64,000 nt of DNA from Tubulanus polymorphus (lineage: Eukaryota; Animalia; Nemertea). The notes beneath the pieces are model-generated. The model was given only the letters and a program-made list of their open reading frames with translations. It was not told the origin of the DNA and made no database searches. Positions 1 through 13,464 of this stretch are shown here, one piece after another. The translations under genes were made by a program, and so were the position numbers. The stretch lies in contig NC_134036.1 of NCBI RefSeq assembly GCF_964204645.1, positions 1,674,001-1,738,000 of the forward strand, in the 5' to 3' direction. Numbering within the stretch: the first letter of the stretch is position 1; each line of letters begins with the position of its first letter.

Positions 1-349
1 GATAGAAGGGGAGAGAGTTTTGAAGATGGAGAAGCCCGATGATGAAAGCATTCACTATATTACCGATTACCCTATTAACTACTATGTTTCAGCCCAAAAG
101 TTAGGATTTAGTAGTTCGCAAGAACGGTAAAACCTTGGCTAAAATAAAACAGGATATCTGTGGCAAGTCTCGATGCCATCGGGTCCAAATCCCTGCGAAA
201 TATTTTTGGAAACCTGTCGTTCTATGATGCACTGAATTCTATCCTGAGTCAACAATGCTTTAACTCTGAATATCTATTACACGCTTACGCTGTATAAGTT
301 TGATGTTATTGATTAATGTTATATGGTTTAATTTTTTTTGTAATTACAG

Positions 350-2088
350 CTGTATTATCAGGTACTCAACTTCGGGATGATCGTCTCCTCGGCGCTGATG
401 ATATGGAAGGGTTTAATGGTCGTCACCGGTAGCGAGAGTCCCATTGTTGTCGTACTCAGGTAACGTCAGAGTCCGATTTCTACTTTTCGTGATTTTTTGA
501 TCGGTCATAAAATGTGCGTTTTTTTTTTTTAAACGATATTCCTGTACAGTGGATCGATGGAACCTGCATTTCACCGTGGCGATCTGTTATTGTTGACGAA
601 TTACGAAGAAGAACCGATCAGAGTCGGCGATATAGTCGTATTTAAAGTTGAAGGTCGCGATATACCGATTGTACACAGGGTACTGAAAGTACACGAAAAG
701 TAAGTTTATTTAAAACTTGCGTCTATTTGAACTTTGGTTGAGAGGACGTTGTGCGAACATTGTCAAAAAGGGGTCGAAAGAAATTGACTCGATAATTTGA
801 ATGTGTAGCGCTATGTTACCATGCCTACATACCTATGAAAAATGGTAGACATATATGGAAAAAACATTGTTAAACTTGATTTATCTAAGAGAATGTCGTC
901 TCGGTCGTTTCTCTGAAGACCTTTTTGACACTGATTCCATAAAGCGTAGAATGGATCAAAAATCGATGTTTTAGTTGATTATCCATTCAGCTGGTTATCC
1001 ATTCTGGTCCTATTGATAGCTATGTCAGATGTACCACTAAAACTGACTGAGCTAGGCCACCTGATGTCTTTTTAAGCAAAGTTGAAATAGACATTTTAGC
1101 TAAACAGAATGCGCTGTACAATCAGTTCTCTGAACCATGCACCTCCTTCAGATAATCAGATATTAGATTTTCCATGTATGCCGATTAAATTGCTCTGGTG
1201 CTTTCTAAAGTAAAAAATTGTAGTTCATTTTCATAGGTCAAATTTTGATATCCTGTTGTTTTTTTTTTCTAATGAATTTGCAGAGAAAATGGAGAAGTGA
1301 AATTTTTAACAAAAGGTGATAACAATTCAGTGGACGACCGAGGTTTATACGCTCCCGGACAGCTGTGGTTACGGAAAAAAGACGTCGTAGGCAGAGCTCG
1401 AGGGTACGCATTTTAGTCTTATCTCTTGCTTTACGTTTTTGTTGTTCAGATCTTGGGGTTTCCCGGACTTAGTAAGAAAAATCAGGGAATTTGGATTTTT
1501 GGTGTCTTGTTGTTCTTGCTGGTGACCAGTGACAAAGGAACCTCTTGATAATAAACAGCCTCCATTGGTTTAAGTGAGGACAAGAAGAACCTCTTGTCCT
1601 CACTGAGGTTTTCCTGTAATTTAATCAGGGAATTTGAATTTTTGGTGTCTTGTTGTTCTTGCTGGTGACGAGTGACACAAGTAATCTCTTGATAAGAAAC
1701 AGCCCCAAATGAGGATCTCATTCTTAGGTCAATCAGGGAATTTTGGATTCGCTGATCTGTGTGAACCCGGTTGTGAATGAGCACAGATAACTTGACCAAT
1801 TTTACTTGAACTCATGAAACTGGATCCAGATTTTAATTGTTTATTTCTGTGTTTTATTTTCCCTGCAGGTTTTTACCGTACGTTGGAATTATAACGATAT
1901 TGATGAACGATTATCCAAAATTTAAGGTACGAATATTTTCGAAATGTCATGACTATGCAACCGGCCCCTGGGTCCTTCCTATTTTGATTCTTTTCACTGA
2001 AATAAATGAAATTAATTGATTTATCTATTTATTTCAGTATGCTATACTAGCACTGCTGGGAGTGTTCGTTCTAATACACCGTGAATAG
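350..2088 (+). CDS. SEC11: Signal peptidase complex catalytic subunit SEC11 (first coding exon lies upstream of the window); exons 350-459, 550-699, 1284-1403, 1869-1926, 2038-2088
   Basis: Spliced translation [52 protein letters not shown]...[12 protein letters not shown]...[16 protein letters not shown]...FLPYVG...VLIHRE*. Catalytic S-M-E-P and H motifs present; all introns GT-AG with consistent phase. Confidence 0.97.
1480..1760. repeat. Intronic tandem duplication of about 143 bp (two copies plus a partial one)
   Basis: AATCAGGGAATTTG[G/A]ATTTTTGGTGTCTTGTTGTTCTTGCTGGTGAC at about 1480 and 1623; partial copy at 1731. Confidence 0.8.
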
Positions 2089-2883
2089 TTCATAGTCAAA
2101 TAGTAGTACATCGTCATCATCAACTACACCGTACGGTGCTGCCGTCTTGTGTCTGAATGCGGAATCAGTCGATAAACGCACTGATCGGTGCTGCCGCCTG
2201 GTGTATGAATGCGTTAAACTCAAGTCATTCTTCATTTTATATTTTTGAAACAATTCCACGATTCATCATATGTGTTCATATAACAACAACAAAACAACTC
2301 AAATCAATCAATAGTACGATATATCAAAAAGGGTTCAGGGGGTTTTTGCGAAATGATAATTTTATTTTGTTTATCGAATCAGGCGTTGAAAGGTTTTGAT
2401 TCGTAGTTAAACTGCACACGAAATATTGCGTTCTATAAAAGAAAATTCTTATCGTTGATTTCAATTCATCTTCCATCTTGATTTATTTATTTTTGCTAAT
2501 AAATCTTTGTAAGAAGTTGCTTTCTAAAACGAATCGCAGCTTTGATTCTGTAAAAGTCTTTTGTCTATCTCGATATTTGAGTTTGGGTTAAGTTAATTGT
2601 ATCTGTTGCTTAGATTATAGTTGAACTGGGATAAGCTGTCTTTTGATAACTAGTCAGATAACTGAAATAATCTCTATTTTGAGAGTCAATTAGTATTTCC
2701 GATTCAAATTACGTGTTGTCATTTGGATAAGTCGTCACATTACTGAAGTCATCTCTATTCTCGAGTCAAAATTCAATCTTCTTAAGTCTTTGATCCTTTC
2801 AGGGCTGACTAATTGATACCCTATAGTGCGGGAGATAATTTGACAATTTACAAAAATTCCACTAATGTGTTGAATAACGGGAA

Positions 2884-3079
2884 TAGCACTATAGTGTGTC
2901 TACACCGCGGTGCAGTGTATCATTAGTTACTAGTATTTCACAATGTTTGACAGGTGCTGCCATTTTTCAAAAGCTGAGAGATGATTACTTATTACATCAA
3001 TACACCGCATTGCAGTGTAAAGCAAAGTCTATCACTGATTTATACACCGCACTGCGGTGTAGACGCATTGAAAGGGTTA
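2884..3079. mobile_element. Short inverted-repeat element (MITE) with a piggyBac-like right end
   Basis: GTCTACACCGCGGTGCAGTGTAT is inverted as ATACACCGCACTGCGGTGTAGAC; right end ...TTGAAAGGG-TTA. Confidence 0.5.
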
Positions 3080-3949
3080 TTGCTGAATATTTAATCGTAG
3101 ATTCACTCCAGATGCTAAAAAGATAATCAATTTTTTTAGGGACCTTCCTGTTCTTAATTCCTAAACCTGCCTAAACACCCGATCATTAGGATTCAAGTCA
3201 TCAGATGTTACAACTGTGACCACTTAACTGGTCTCAAATATTCTCTATACTTTCTTTGTGTTCAATCTCATCTCAAACATGAAATTTGATTACTGCTTGC
3301 CTGTCTAGAAATAACATAGTACTTATTACGAATCTGAAGAATCATGTGTTTGTTGTCGGAATCAAAATAGGAAGTAATTTCTTAATATTTCCGTAGTAAA
3401 AATAGAGGAGTGAAAATTGATTTTGTATTTTATTTGTGGTGTATTGTATTTCAATATTGATATTTATGGTGTAATAATTCATTGAAGCTTGTGTGCGTGC
3501 GTGCGTGTCTGTGCGTGTGCGTGTGTGCCGGGAAATCCGTCATTGATTAAGAAGTGTTTGTAAACGGTTTTAATTGTAATAAATATTCCGGGTTACTATG
3601 GTTATGTAAATTGACTTTTCTTTTGAAATTTGTTTTCCGGTCCAGTTGACTAAAAATCGATTTCAACGTGAGCAGGTGAATTAAGGAAGGACTTAGATTT
3701 TTAAGAGTCAGGAAATCTGACCCTGAGTCTGAGAGTCCAGTTTCCACAAAAAAGTTAAACTCGAATTTTTGATTTAATTCTTATCGGTCATTTCATGTTT
3801 TCAATGCTGGCAAAAATTCAAACTTAAACTTTATGATACATAATTAAAGAGTCGTTTTTCTATGAATGGAATTTGTTCGCCGATTGGAGGTCCTGTCTTC
3901 CAAGCAAATTAATCAAGGACCTCCTGGTACCAAATAATCAATATCTAAT

Positions 3950-4641
3950 TGCGTCACGGGTTTCCCGTCCGGGTTGGGAAAAACAGCCAGTCGCTATCAC
4001 TGACGCGCTGTCCTTATTAGGATATTCCGGGTCACGCTATTTTTAGCCTCTCCTCTTATGGAATGCGTCCTCGCTGACAACAACGGCTGCCGCGCTGAAC
4101 TTCCTGGAAACAAAAAAACCGTCATCTTTAAACATTAATCTGGGTCAATGGCGAAATAGACAATTCTTATCGAAACAGATTCTTTTTAGTATCGGTATAT
4201 CTTTCATTTTCTCTATTGGACACATATTTTGTAGTCGTTATTTCAAATATTTGAACTGATTTACGGGCGCTGGTTCCGTTCAGTAAAACAGTGTGGCGGC
4301 CACCCGTGCGCAGCTGCGCGCATGGGAAAATACGCTAGCGGTCACCTTGAAAATACTACGTTCATTCATAAATGTTGACGTCATCGGAGGCGCGTCGCCT
4401 TTGCTGGTCGATGATTCGCCCTGACGTCATAGGTAGTGTCTACGTGCTAGTGATTTGATTGGTTGGCGTAGCGAACCGCGTGGACGGTTAAATACTTTAC
4501 CAATCCGGTTCTATAGTCATAAACCTCTGACAGATTCTAAACGCAACATTGAGGAGCAGTTTTACTCACATTTGAACGACGAGAAATAGTAAAATAAAGA
4601 GTTTAAAACAAGACTGGTGCTGCTGACACGAGACAAACGAG
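3950..4641 (+). promoter_or_regulatory. Promoter and probable non-coding first exon of the C15orf48-like gene
   Basis: GC/CpG-rich island. Full CRE TGACGTCA at 4376 and 4422, TACGTG (HRE core) at 4441, ATTGG at about 4458, TTCCTGGAA (GAS) at 4101, GGGTTTCCC at 3958. Strong donor GAG|GTAAGC at 4641. The link to the exon at 13388 is inferred. Confidence 0.6.
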
Positions 4642-5625
4642 GTAAGCGAAATTTCTTTTCATTCGGAAATGTTGACATTAGTCATGAAAATGTGTCGTCG
4701 TGTTTCGGAATTTAAATTTCTCAAGTTTTGATGATTTTGAATTTTGAATCATTTTGGTGGAAGTTCATCAGAGTTATTCTAATCGTATTCTAATCTTATT
4801 GGGAGTTCAGGATGAGGAATATTTTTGGTTGGCATATCTCTAAATAATGAACGTATGCGTTTTGTGATTTTGAATTACCGAAATCGCATTTTTAGGGCCA
4901 TTTGATTAGAAATAGTCGGACTTTTTAGATAACAATTAAAATTTAGTACTGTTGCCTACTTTGAAACCGGTTTGATTATTTATCGATTGATTGGGATTTA
5001 AATATAATGTTTCAATAGATCTTCGATCTTAATTGAAAACTCTGAATAAACTTCTAAAATTTAGGTGTTTTTTTCAGTCGGGACCAATTTGGTGACCATA
5101 CCTCAACACCATCAACTTTAATCAAATTTTGTAAAATAATTCTAAATTATGGATAAAAATGATAGGCTATTTAAGTCCGAAAATGTTTTTGCTTGGGCTT
5201 GTAGTTTAGGCTATATGACGTTCCGGTTATATTCTATTCATCTTCAGATCTTCATGATCGTTTAAGACACTGGTGATTTAGATTTTAAACCTCCTGGAGG
5301 TACCACTAGCGGTATTAGAGAGGGGTTTTTGAATTTTTATTTTGTACCATGTACTAACTATTTCACTGAATTAAATAAGGATGTGTGTCAGGAGGAAGTA
5401 GGTTACATTCCTATGGTTGTTCAATGGGGAATGTTCTAGTAGTAGGTCCATACAAAAGATTCGCTCCAGATCGGCACATTTCAAAGCCACCCTCTCGGAG
5501 CTCCTTCCTAGTTCTTCAGTAGATGAGAGAGAGTTGGAAAATTCGTTTCTGCGAAATACTTGTTGATCATATGATTTTAGATTTGAGATATTTTATGAAG
5601 TCATCTCATCTCCTTCCTAGATCTG

Positions 5626-5763
5626 GGGCCGGTAGCATAGTCGCGACTTAAGTCCAAAAGTGGTCTTAAAACTTAAGACTGGTCTTAAGTTGTTAGATTG
5701 GCTATAGAACGAAGTTGGTCTTAGACTGGTCTTAAGTCTAAGCCATGACTCTGCAACCGGCCC
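5626..5763. mobile_element. PIF/Harbinger-like MITE, family A (related copies at about 24200-24337, 31928-32118, 47542-47680)
   Basis: TIR GGGCCGGT...ACCGGCCC flanked by CTG/CTG; the 24200 copy is flanked by CAG/CAG (CWG target-site duplication). Shared CTTAAG-rich interior. Confidence 0.8.
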
Positions 5764-8700
5764 CTGGTCTAGACTTAGAGCAGAGCCGAAGCAGAAAGAC
5801 AATAGAAAAATTAATTTCTGTCAAATATGTGCTGATTATTGGCGTAGTTTATTATATTTCATTTTGATAAGATACGTGAAACCTTTTTAAAAAAATTCGG
5901 CTTTTTAGATCTAAAACAATTGGAATAGTTAGCTAGGCCTATAATTTCAAATTCGATTTTAAGGTCATTTAGAACTTATGTGGATGGGAAGTGCATCCAA
6001 GAATAGGCCTAGGTGGATTAATAGATGATGACATGTGTGGATAGCTTTGTGGAAAATTTTGGGAGATTCTAAATGTAACAATTTTCTAATTCTGACCATT
6101 TTACATTTGGATTAGAACTTTCTCTATAGATTCGAGTTCAGCTATCCAAATTTTTTTCAAATTTACCAGAAAAAAACAAATGGAATTTATCACAAAAACC
6201 TTAAAAACACATCAGACTGACACTCATACATTTAGCTGATAAGTTGAATGTTATCAGTAGGTACCTATTTCAATTCTTATCAATATCATATGCATAAAAC
6301 ATGATATATCATCGATTAATTGGTAAAATTGCCGGTTATTTTTATGTTTTGCCACCTGGGGGGTTGGGAAACTAAACTATGGCAGATGTGATGACGGCGG
6401 GGCCTACGTGACATGAGTAATACATCTCTAACCGAAAACACAACACTACAGTCTCGACTCCTCGTTCTGTCACTCTCCGATAGCGAGCGGGAATATTATA
6501 TTTACCACTTCAAATAAATGAGATAGGCCTACAACAAAATATTCTATCGCCCACGCGGGCTAGCTACAGCACCATAGAAAGTTCCATCCTGTAAGAGGGA
6601 TCCATGCAACAAATCAAATGTTGTCATTTCGTTCCATTTTGACATCATAGATTTCTCAAACGTGTGTCCCGTAGGCCTATAAGATACATCAATTTGTTTC
6701 ATTATTTCAACTTGGTCGAAATCCGTTGGTGGTTCGAATTTCAAAAAATTGTCCACGCGATTCTTGAAATCTAGCGGGATCCCGAACAGTGAACTGGTGG
6801 GACGGGTTTAGAAAAAGGGCTAGTACCCTTTAAATCCTTTTTAAGATCACATGCAATCGATTTCGGTCAAACAAGCTTTATTCTAAATAAAACTCGTCGA
6901 ATTATGCTCGGCTTGTGAGTAATTTGTGGAATGTACAATATCTTTAGGCCAGTAGGTTGGGGGGGGGGGGGAGGAGACCCAGTCATTTGTAGAAAATGCG
7001 AAAAATATCTTCTGCCAGGAAAAGCGCACCGACTGAACTCGATTGTCTTTGTGTGTCACATCTGTCGGTGGTGTACGTGACAGTATCCACGCAACGCGCG
7101 TGCGCTACATGTCAGAGCCGACCATTCCTGGCAATAAAACGCAAAACAGGTGCGTGTTTGTTACACTTATGACGTCATTCCATCGTATATCGATCGCGAA
7201 ATAGCGCTGGAAAATAGAACTCGAACAATAAATAGAATCGTCGCTTATAGAAAAATACCGTTCATTAAATATTTCCAACTGTTGCCAATTCTATTCCGCG
7301 TTTGAATATTTGAATTTTGAAACAGGACGCGTCGGTTGGGTTTTTGTAATAACGGGTGATTTTGGGGATTTCCCAGCCCGTGTGACTGCGGGCACACCTG
7401 ACACTCGTGTGTGACAGATAGATAAATCAACCCGGACTTAGAAATGAAGTCTAAAACATTATCTTTTAGCCTCAATACTGAATAATAAAACGAGGCCGAT
7501 TTCGAACCAAAATGCAATTTAATGCAATTCAGTTCACTTATTTAATGGTCCTTTGTTAACAATCGCATAACATATCAGATTCCCAAATTCAATAAAGTTA
7601 CGCATTTTAGAATAAGAAATAAGAATTAAACAATAAACAAAACACAAACATTAAAAATATACCACATAGAAAACACATACGTAGGCCTATATTATAAACA
7701 TTATTCAGCATTTAAATCTGGCTTTGATCAACTAATATAGATTTATCTGATACAGGCCCTTGCCTGAAGGGAAACAGAGGGAATCAACTGCAGCCGCTGC
7801 TTTTGATCATCGTGTTATCATATTATAAAAATAGTCTTTCATGTTCTTGTGTTCATGTTCGTTGTTGATATGTTTTCAAAAAAACTGGCACACCACTCCG
7901 CACACGATCACAGAATTCAGTGTGCCGGCGCCACCGTCGTGTACATGGAATACTTCCTGGTTTTGGTGCTGCTGGTGCTCGCTTTGTGATGTGAGCTCGC
8001 GAGTGGGAAGAACTATTTTGCGATTGGTTTCCCTAAAAATACCCTGTAATCTTTCTGTTTCATTAGTCAACGAGACACTTAACGTGACAGAAAACTGTTG
8101 ATTAAATCGATGACAAATTCAGATTCGATTCTCGACAGAAAGAAAACAAATATCATTAACGGTTGTCACCGACGACGCTACCATTGTTGATCATTTTAAA
8201 TATGCTTGGAAATCTAGTCACCGAAAAAAGAATCTCTGATGAAATAGGCCAACTCGGTAACGAAATTATTGATGAGAATTTGACGCAGTGCTGTAATATC
8301 CTACATGCAGGCGGACGGGTAGGGGGTTAATTAATTACTAAAATAAAACGGCTTTTGTTGTCGACAACATCAATGTGAAGGTCGAATTTTATTGCTATTT
8401 CGATACTCCGTCGAAAGCACGTATGTATAATTCACGATTAGAACCGGGCCGTCGTCGCTATCGGGTTTTATTGAGAGCAAAGATTATTTTTATTTTTATT
8501 GCTTTTTCAACTCATGTGATTAGTGCAATAAAATATCAGAGCAAACGTACGTTATAGCTTTCGTGGTGACTCATAACTAGGGCAGAGCGATTTCTTTTTA
8601 AAATTTTCCGATGTTATTTTATATTTTAGTACTTTCATATTTCGACCCCACGCTTTTGTTGGAAAAATCTAATTTTTCTATCTTATCTTCTTCTGATGCA

Positions 8701-9394
8701 AGGATGCCCCAATTTTCTGTGCGGAATTTTTAAGGAAAATCGATCGGTTTTGAAAATACTGAAATATATCTCAATCAAGAAAAGATGTGAACATCATTAG
8801 ACATTATTACAAAAATAAGGATGAGACATGTAACGAGATAGAAGATGAAATAGGTTTTGCAGTCCGCTTCGCAGTGCCTCATTGTTCTTCTACGGCCCTC
8901 TCTTCTGATTCACTGACCCTTTCTGCTGTCTGACCTTCCCTCTCCATTTTCATCATGTTTTAATTCTTGACGATTCCGCTCACTCCCGTGTTGGGTCCAG
9001 GTTGGAGTAATCATTTGACAAATGATTACACACAAGGCCCAGGTTGTCAACAACAGCGTGGTCATTCTTCTAGTAACATGAGAAATTGCGTATGTTTTTT
9101 TTCGCGTGATTTCGCAGCAAGCACAGCACTGTATCTAGACCTAGCTGTTGTACGGTGTTGTACAATCTCTATGTGACGTGTTTCAGCACACTAATTACTC
9201 TCCTAGTAACTACTTGCCTTCAGCTTCTACGGAGGAAATTAGTTTTTGTTGCGACGGTCGTTACGGTTCTCTGAGGAGGACCGCTTGGGGGTCTTGTAGA
9301 TCTGTAGAGTCGTTTTTTTCGTCGTCAAGCATATGCCAGAAAATAAATATTGGTTTGATTCGCATGTTGTGTACCTGAATATGAAAGATCTTCA

Positions 9395-9692
9395 TAAGGG
9401 TCTTAGCTGGTGTCACTGAAGGTCTTACTGTTAATGACTGATTAATTTGAACAGAAATATGAAAGATGTTACTGAAGGTCTTACTGTTGATTACTGATTA
9501 ATTTCAACAGAAATATAAAAGATGTTACTGAGAGTCTTACTGTTGATTACTGATTAATTTGAACAGAAATATGAAAGATGTTACTGAGGGTCTTACTGTT
9601 GATTACTGATTAATTTGAACAGAAATATGAAAGATGTTACTGAGGTTCTTACTGTTGATTATTGATTAATTTCAACAGAAATGTGAAAGATA
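9395..9692. repeat. 56-bp tandem repeat, about 5 copies
   Basis: Unit ACAGAAATATGAAAGATGTTACTGAAGGTCTTACTGTTGATTACTGATTAATTT[C/G]A recurs at 9451, 9507, 9563, 9619. Confidence 0.92.
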
Positions 9693-12600
9693 TTACGTAT
9701 TACCCCCTTGATTACTTGTTAGTTCATAACTGATGGCATTCCAATTCTTATTGACAACACTTTCAATAGGATGGCATGGTAGTCCTGGAAAAATTTCTTT
9801 CCGATACTACCTCGGCTAGGCTTAACTTTTAACTTTATTGACAATCTTGAAGTCATAGTCACATGGATGGTCGAAAACAAACTGTGATCCATGTTGTTTA
9901 CGCTAAACCTACAGTCTTCGTCGAAACGAAAAGAAAACCTTTGTCTGTGTCATCGACACGTGTTGCTTATGACGTCACTAATCGGTGCTAATGTTCGATC
10001 CGGCGCAAGATGTCTTTCTTTTAATTTTTTTGTCGTCTTCGAAATCTGGCGGGCCATTAGTAACAGCTGTGGCCAGTGACGATTTTCTGCAAGGTTTGCA
10101 TGGTGATTAGAGTGGTCTGTTACCCTGATATCTGATATGCCAGCTTGATCATCTGTGCTAGGGTTACTGTGATTGGCTAGCTCAAGGTAGGCCTATCTGA
10201 AATGAAATTGAAATGAAATTGAAGTTGGCTAGAGTGGTCTGCTAGGGGTACTGTGATTGGCTGACCCAAGTAGCTGGTCACTGATTGGTCAGTGGTGGTC
10301 ATGTGATCTCAGTGAGTAGTGATCAGGTGTCATACACTACTATACACTGCCAGTTGTAAACAGATATTTAGGGCCCCATTCAACATTCACATGTTTCATA
10401 TGGCCTTATAAGATAAACATTATCCGTATGGGCTGCACATATCATAGATAGATAACATATTATGCTTTTAAATGTCGTGTCTAAAAAGAAGGAATTTTAG
10501 TTCAACTAATTTCACAATCAGTTCATACTGGCTTTCAATTATAAAGTGAAGTTTGTCAGATCAAGGAATCTAAAACGTTGTCCATGGTCCGATTTGCAAA
10601 CTTTCCTCTTAATTCTCACAGTAAACGGAAGAAATGATTACTATCATCTTCGTTCCAGACGAACTAATCCCTCACTTCACGATCCCCTCCCCTCCTCCCT
10701 CTCTCTATCTCACAGACAAACCACCGGTCATCAATAACCAATAATTACCCGACAGTCGCTAGCTCAAATTGTCCGTCTGGTATTTAAGGACGGTATTCTT
10801 CGTCTACCGTACATGAATGTCATCCAGGAAAAAAGCCAGACATTTCATCATTACGCGTCAAATCACCCACACATGCGCCATTAGATACAAAATAAGCTTA
10901 GCACTTTTTATTCCTTCAATATTCGATCGACGTAACAGGATAGGAAGTTATTATCCGTGTGATTCTCTGCGACAGACGAGTGGGGAGTGTGGGGAGGGGG
11001 GTTTCAATCAAGTCGAGCAGATTATTGGGAAAGAGGGGTTGGAAAAGAAACTAAAAATAAACTACTGGTCCACTGGTTCGGAAAATTGGAATATCATGAA
11101 TTGAATAGTTTTGAGGTGAGATGAAATCAAATTTTCATTGTGAAGTTGATTATGAAAAGTTTGCTATAGATTATAATTTTCAGTCAAAATATTTCTATAC
11201 TAGAGGGAAATTAAAGTTAGTTTTTCATCAGCAATTGGTACTTTAGAAAATGTGTTTCGTCTTTTTTATGGTCAAAATTCTGTTCAAGTTCAATTCTAGA
11301 AATTGTCTTGAGCGAAATCGGGTTGTTTCCAGGCAACGGCAACAATTTAGACACGAGTTACTATTTTCATCGGCGAAAACAAATTCCTGACGTATTTTTA
11401 CGCGGTTACCGCAACAACAAAGTCACGTCCCTCTAAACCTCGGAGTAAACAGTTTATAGTGACGCAAGCTGACTCCAATACGTGATGTTTATCTGCCGCT
11501 TTAAAAAAAAACATTTTTAAACTTTTTTTTTGAAAACGAGTACCGATAATAACTGTAACCATTGTTATCACAATAGCAACAAACGGCAGTCATTGTTATA
11601 TTTATAGACGGAAATCTCGAGCAGTCCGCTTATTGGCTCCAATTCCAAACTTTAATTTAAAAAAATTCTCGTTGAAAATATTTCTGACGTACTCGTGGTG
11701 AAAACGATGTTGATATAAATCAGTTTGTAAACAACCACTTTGTGCGAGGAATTCATCACCTTGACTCTCTACCAGTTCGTGTTCGGTCGGGCAGAGGTAA
11801 TAAATCAAAACATACTTATATATTTATTTTTAAAACTCTTGATCGGTGCTTTCTGCCCTTAGAGAACTCGGAGAAAGAGATGAGATTGATATTGAGAAGA
11901 TGAGAGACCTTCAAATGTCAATATATCATGTTTTATGCTAGAGCGATGTTTCTTTCAAAAGCAACACCGCTATTGATGCTGATTCTGTGGTAGTTACCGA
12001 TACTGCTGCTGCTGCTGTTGCTGCTGTTGCTGTTGCTGGTACATGGAAAACCATTCATCAATTTATTCTTTTCCTCACCCTTGTTTGAACCTGCTGAAGT
12101 CAACATGACGTAGGCCTAGATTCATTCATCATCAGAAATTGATTTATTGGATACAAATGCGTTATCGGCGGCTTGCCAATCAGAAACGAGCTCCACAGTA
12201 ACTGTCTGCTGTTGGGAAATCCATCCAGGGTCAAGTTATTTAATTCGGTTCTGAACCTAAATTAGAAAAAAGTGCTACATTATGGTGGGTTTAATTTGAC
12301 TGTGGACCCAGTTCTAGAGTTTTGTGGCCTTTTGACACTAGACCCGGTGCCACAGTTTTTAAGGTTCAACTTGATGATTCTCTTTGCCCAGTTCCACAGG
12401 AAGCTCTTTGGATCCGCTTGGGGAACTTAGTGCAGGCAGCATCCTGGCTGACTGTTAGGATGAAAAATTCGAAATACTTCTTAAGAAAAATTATTCTCTG
12501 CAGGGGACTCTTTAACGAAAGGTCACAAAGAAAAAATGGACGCCGTTGGACATCTATTTAGTAAAGATCACAACATTTTTATATTCTTTTCAGTAAAAGG

Positions 12601-13464
12601 TCTTAAGATGTAGAACGAATTGAACCCAGGCCACACAGCACACTATTGACTTTCTGTTGGGATTCTTTTTTGTAGTTACGAAGGATTTTATACTCCACTG
12701 TAGCCATAATCAGTTCAGGTTTAGCAGGGAAAAATTCATATTCATGTTTCGTATTAGAAGCATCGATCATTGAAAAGGTCATAAAATATTGAACCAGGAA
12801 AAAAGTCTCCCAGTTATTTCCGCGTTTAGGACGAATTGACCTCCCACATTTTACCGGGAGGTTGATTCTATACTGGCTGTAGAGGATTAACTGATTTGTA
12901 AAATATTTTTAATGAATTCTTCCATGAGGAAATAGTTGTAAAGGTTCGAGGTGAATGGATGTTTCAGTTTACTGGAGTATATTTTAGTTCGGGTTGAGGA
13001 AAGTCCAAACGGTCGCTTTGGGGGTCGGGGAACATCGAAGGAAAGTAACATGCGGGCACAAGGTAGATTTTTACAGCAGGTTCAACTTCAAGGCATCTTT
13101 CTGTTGAATATGGGAAGCTAGTAGGTTGAAAGCTAAACTATGTATCATGGGTTCAAATGAAATACATGTTCAAATCTTTTGGACATCTTCAATTTGTATT
13201 TCAATGTGATGGATTGAAGATTCCTCTTTGACTAGTGTCACCATGAATGCAACAGGTTACATCCGAAATATTGTGGCTTCAAACTTCAAAACTCTTATTT
13301 TTTTAACTTACCCTACAATACCTTATTGTTTGTGGGACCTCTTTAATTTGTCCTATTCCAATCATGTTTAATTTCTTATGTTTCCAGATATTTCGAAAGA
13401 GAAAATAACAAGCATCTTTTTGAAGAAACAAGAGACAAGACTCGAGAAACTCAAAACGCATAAA

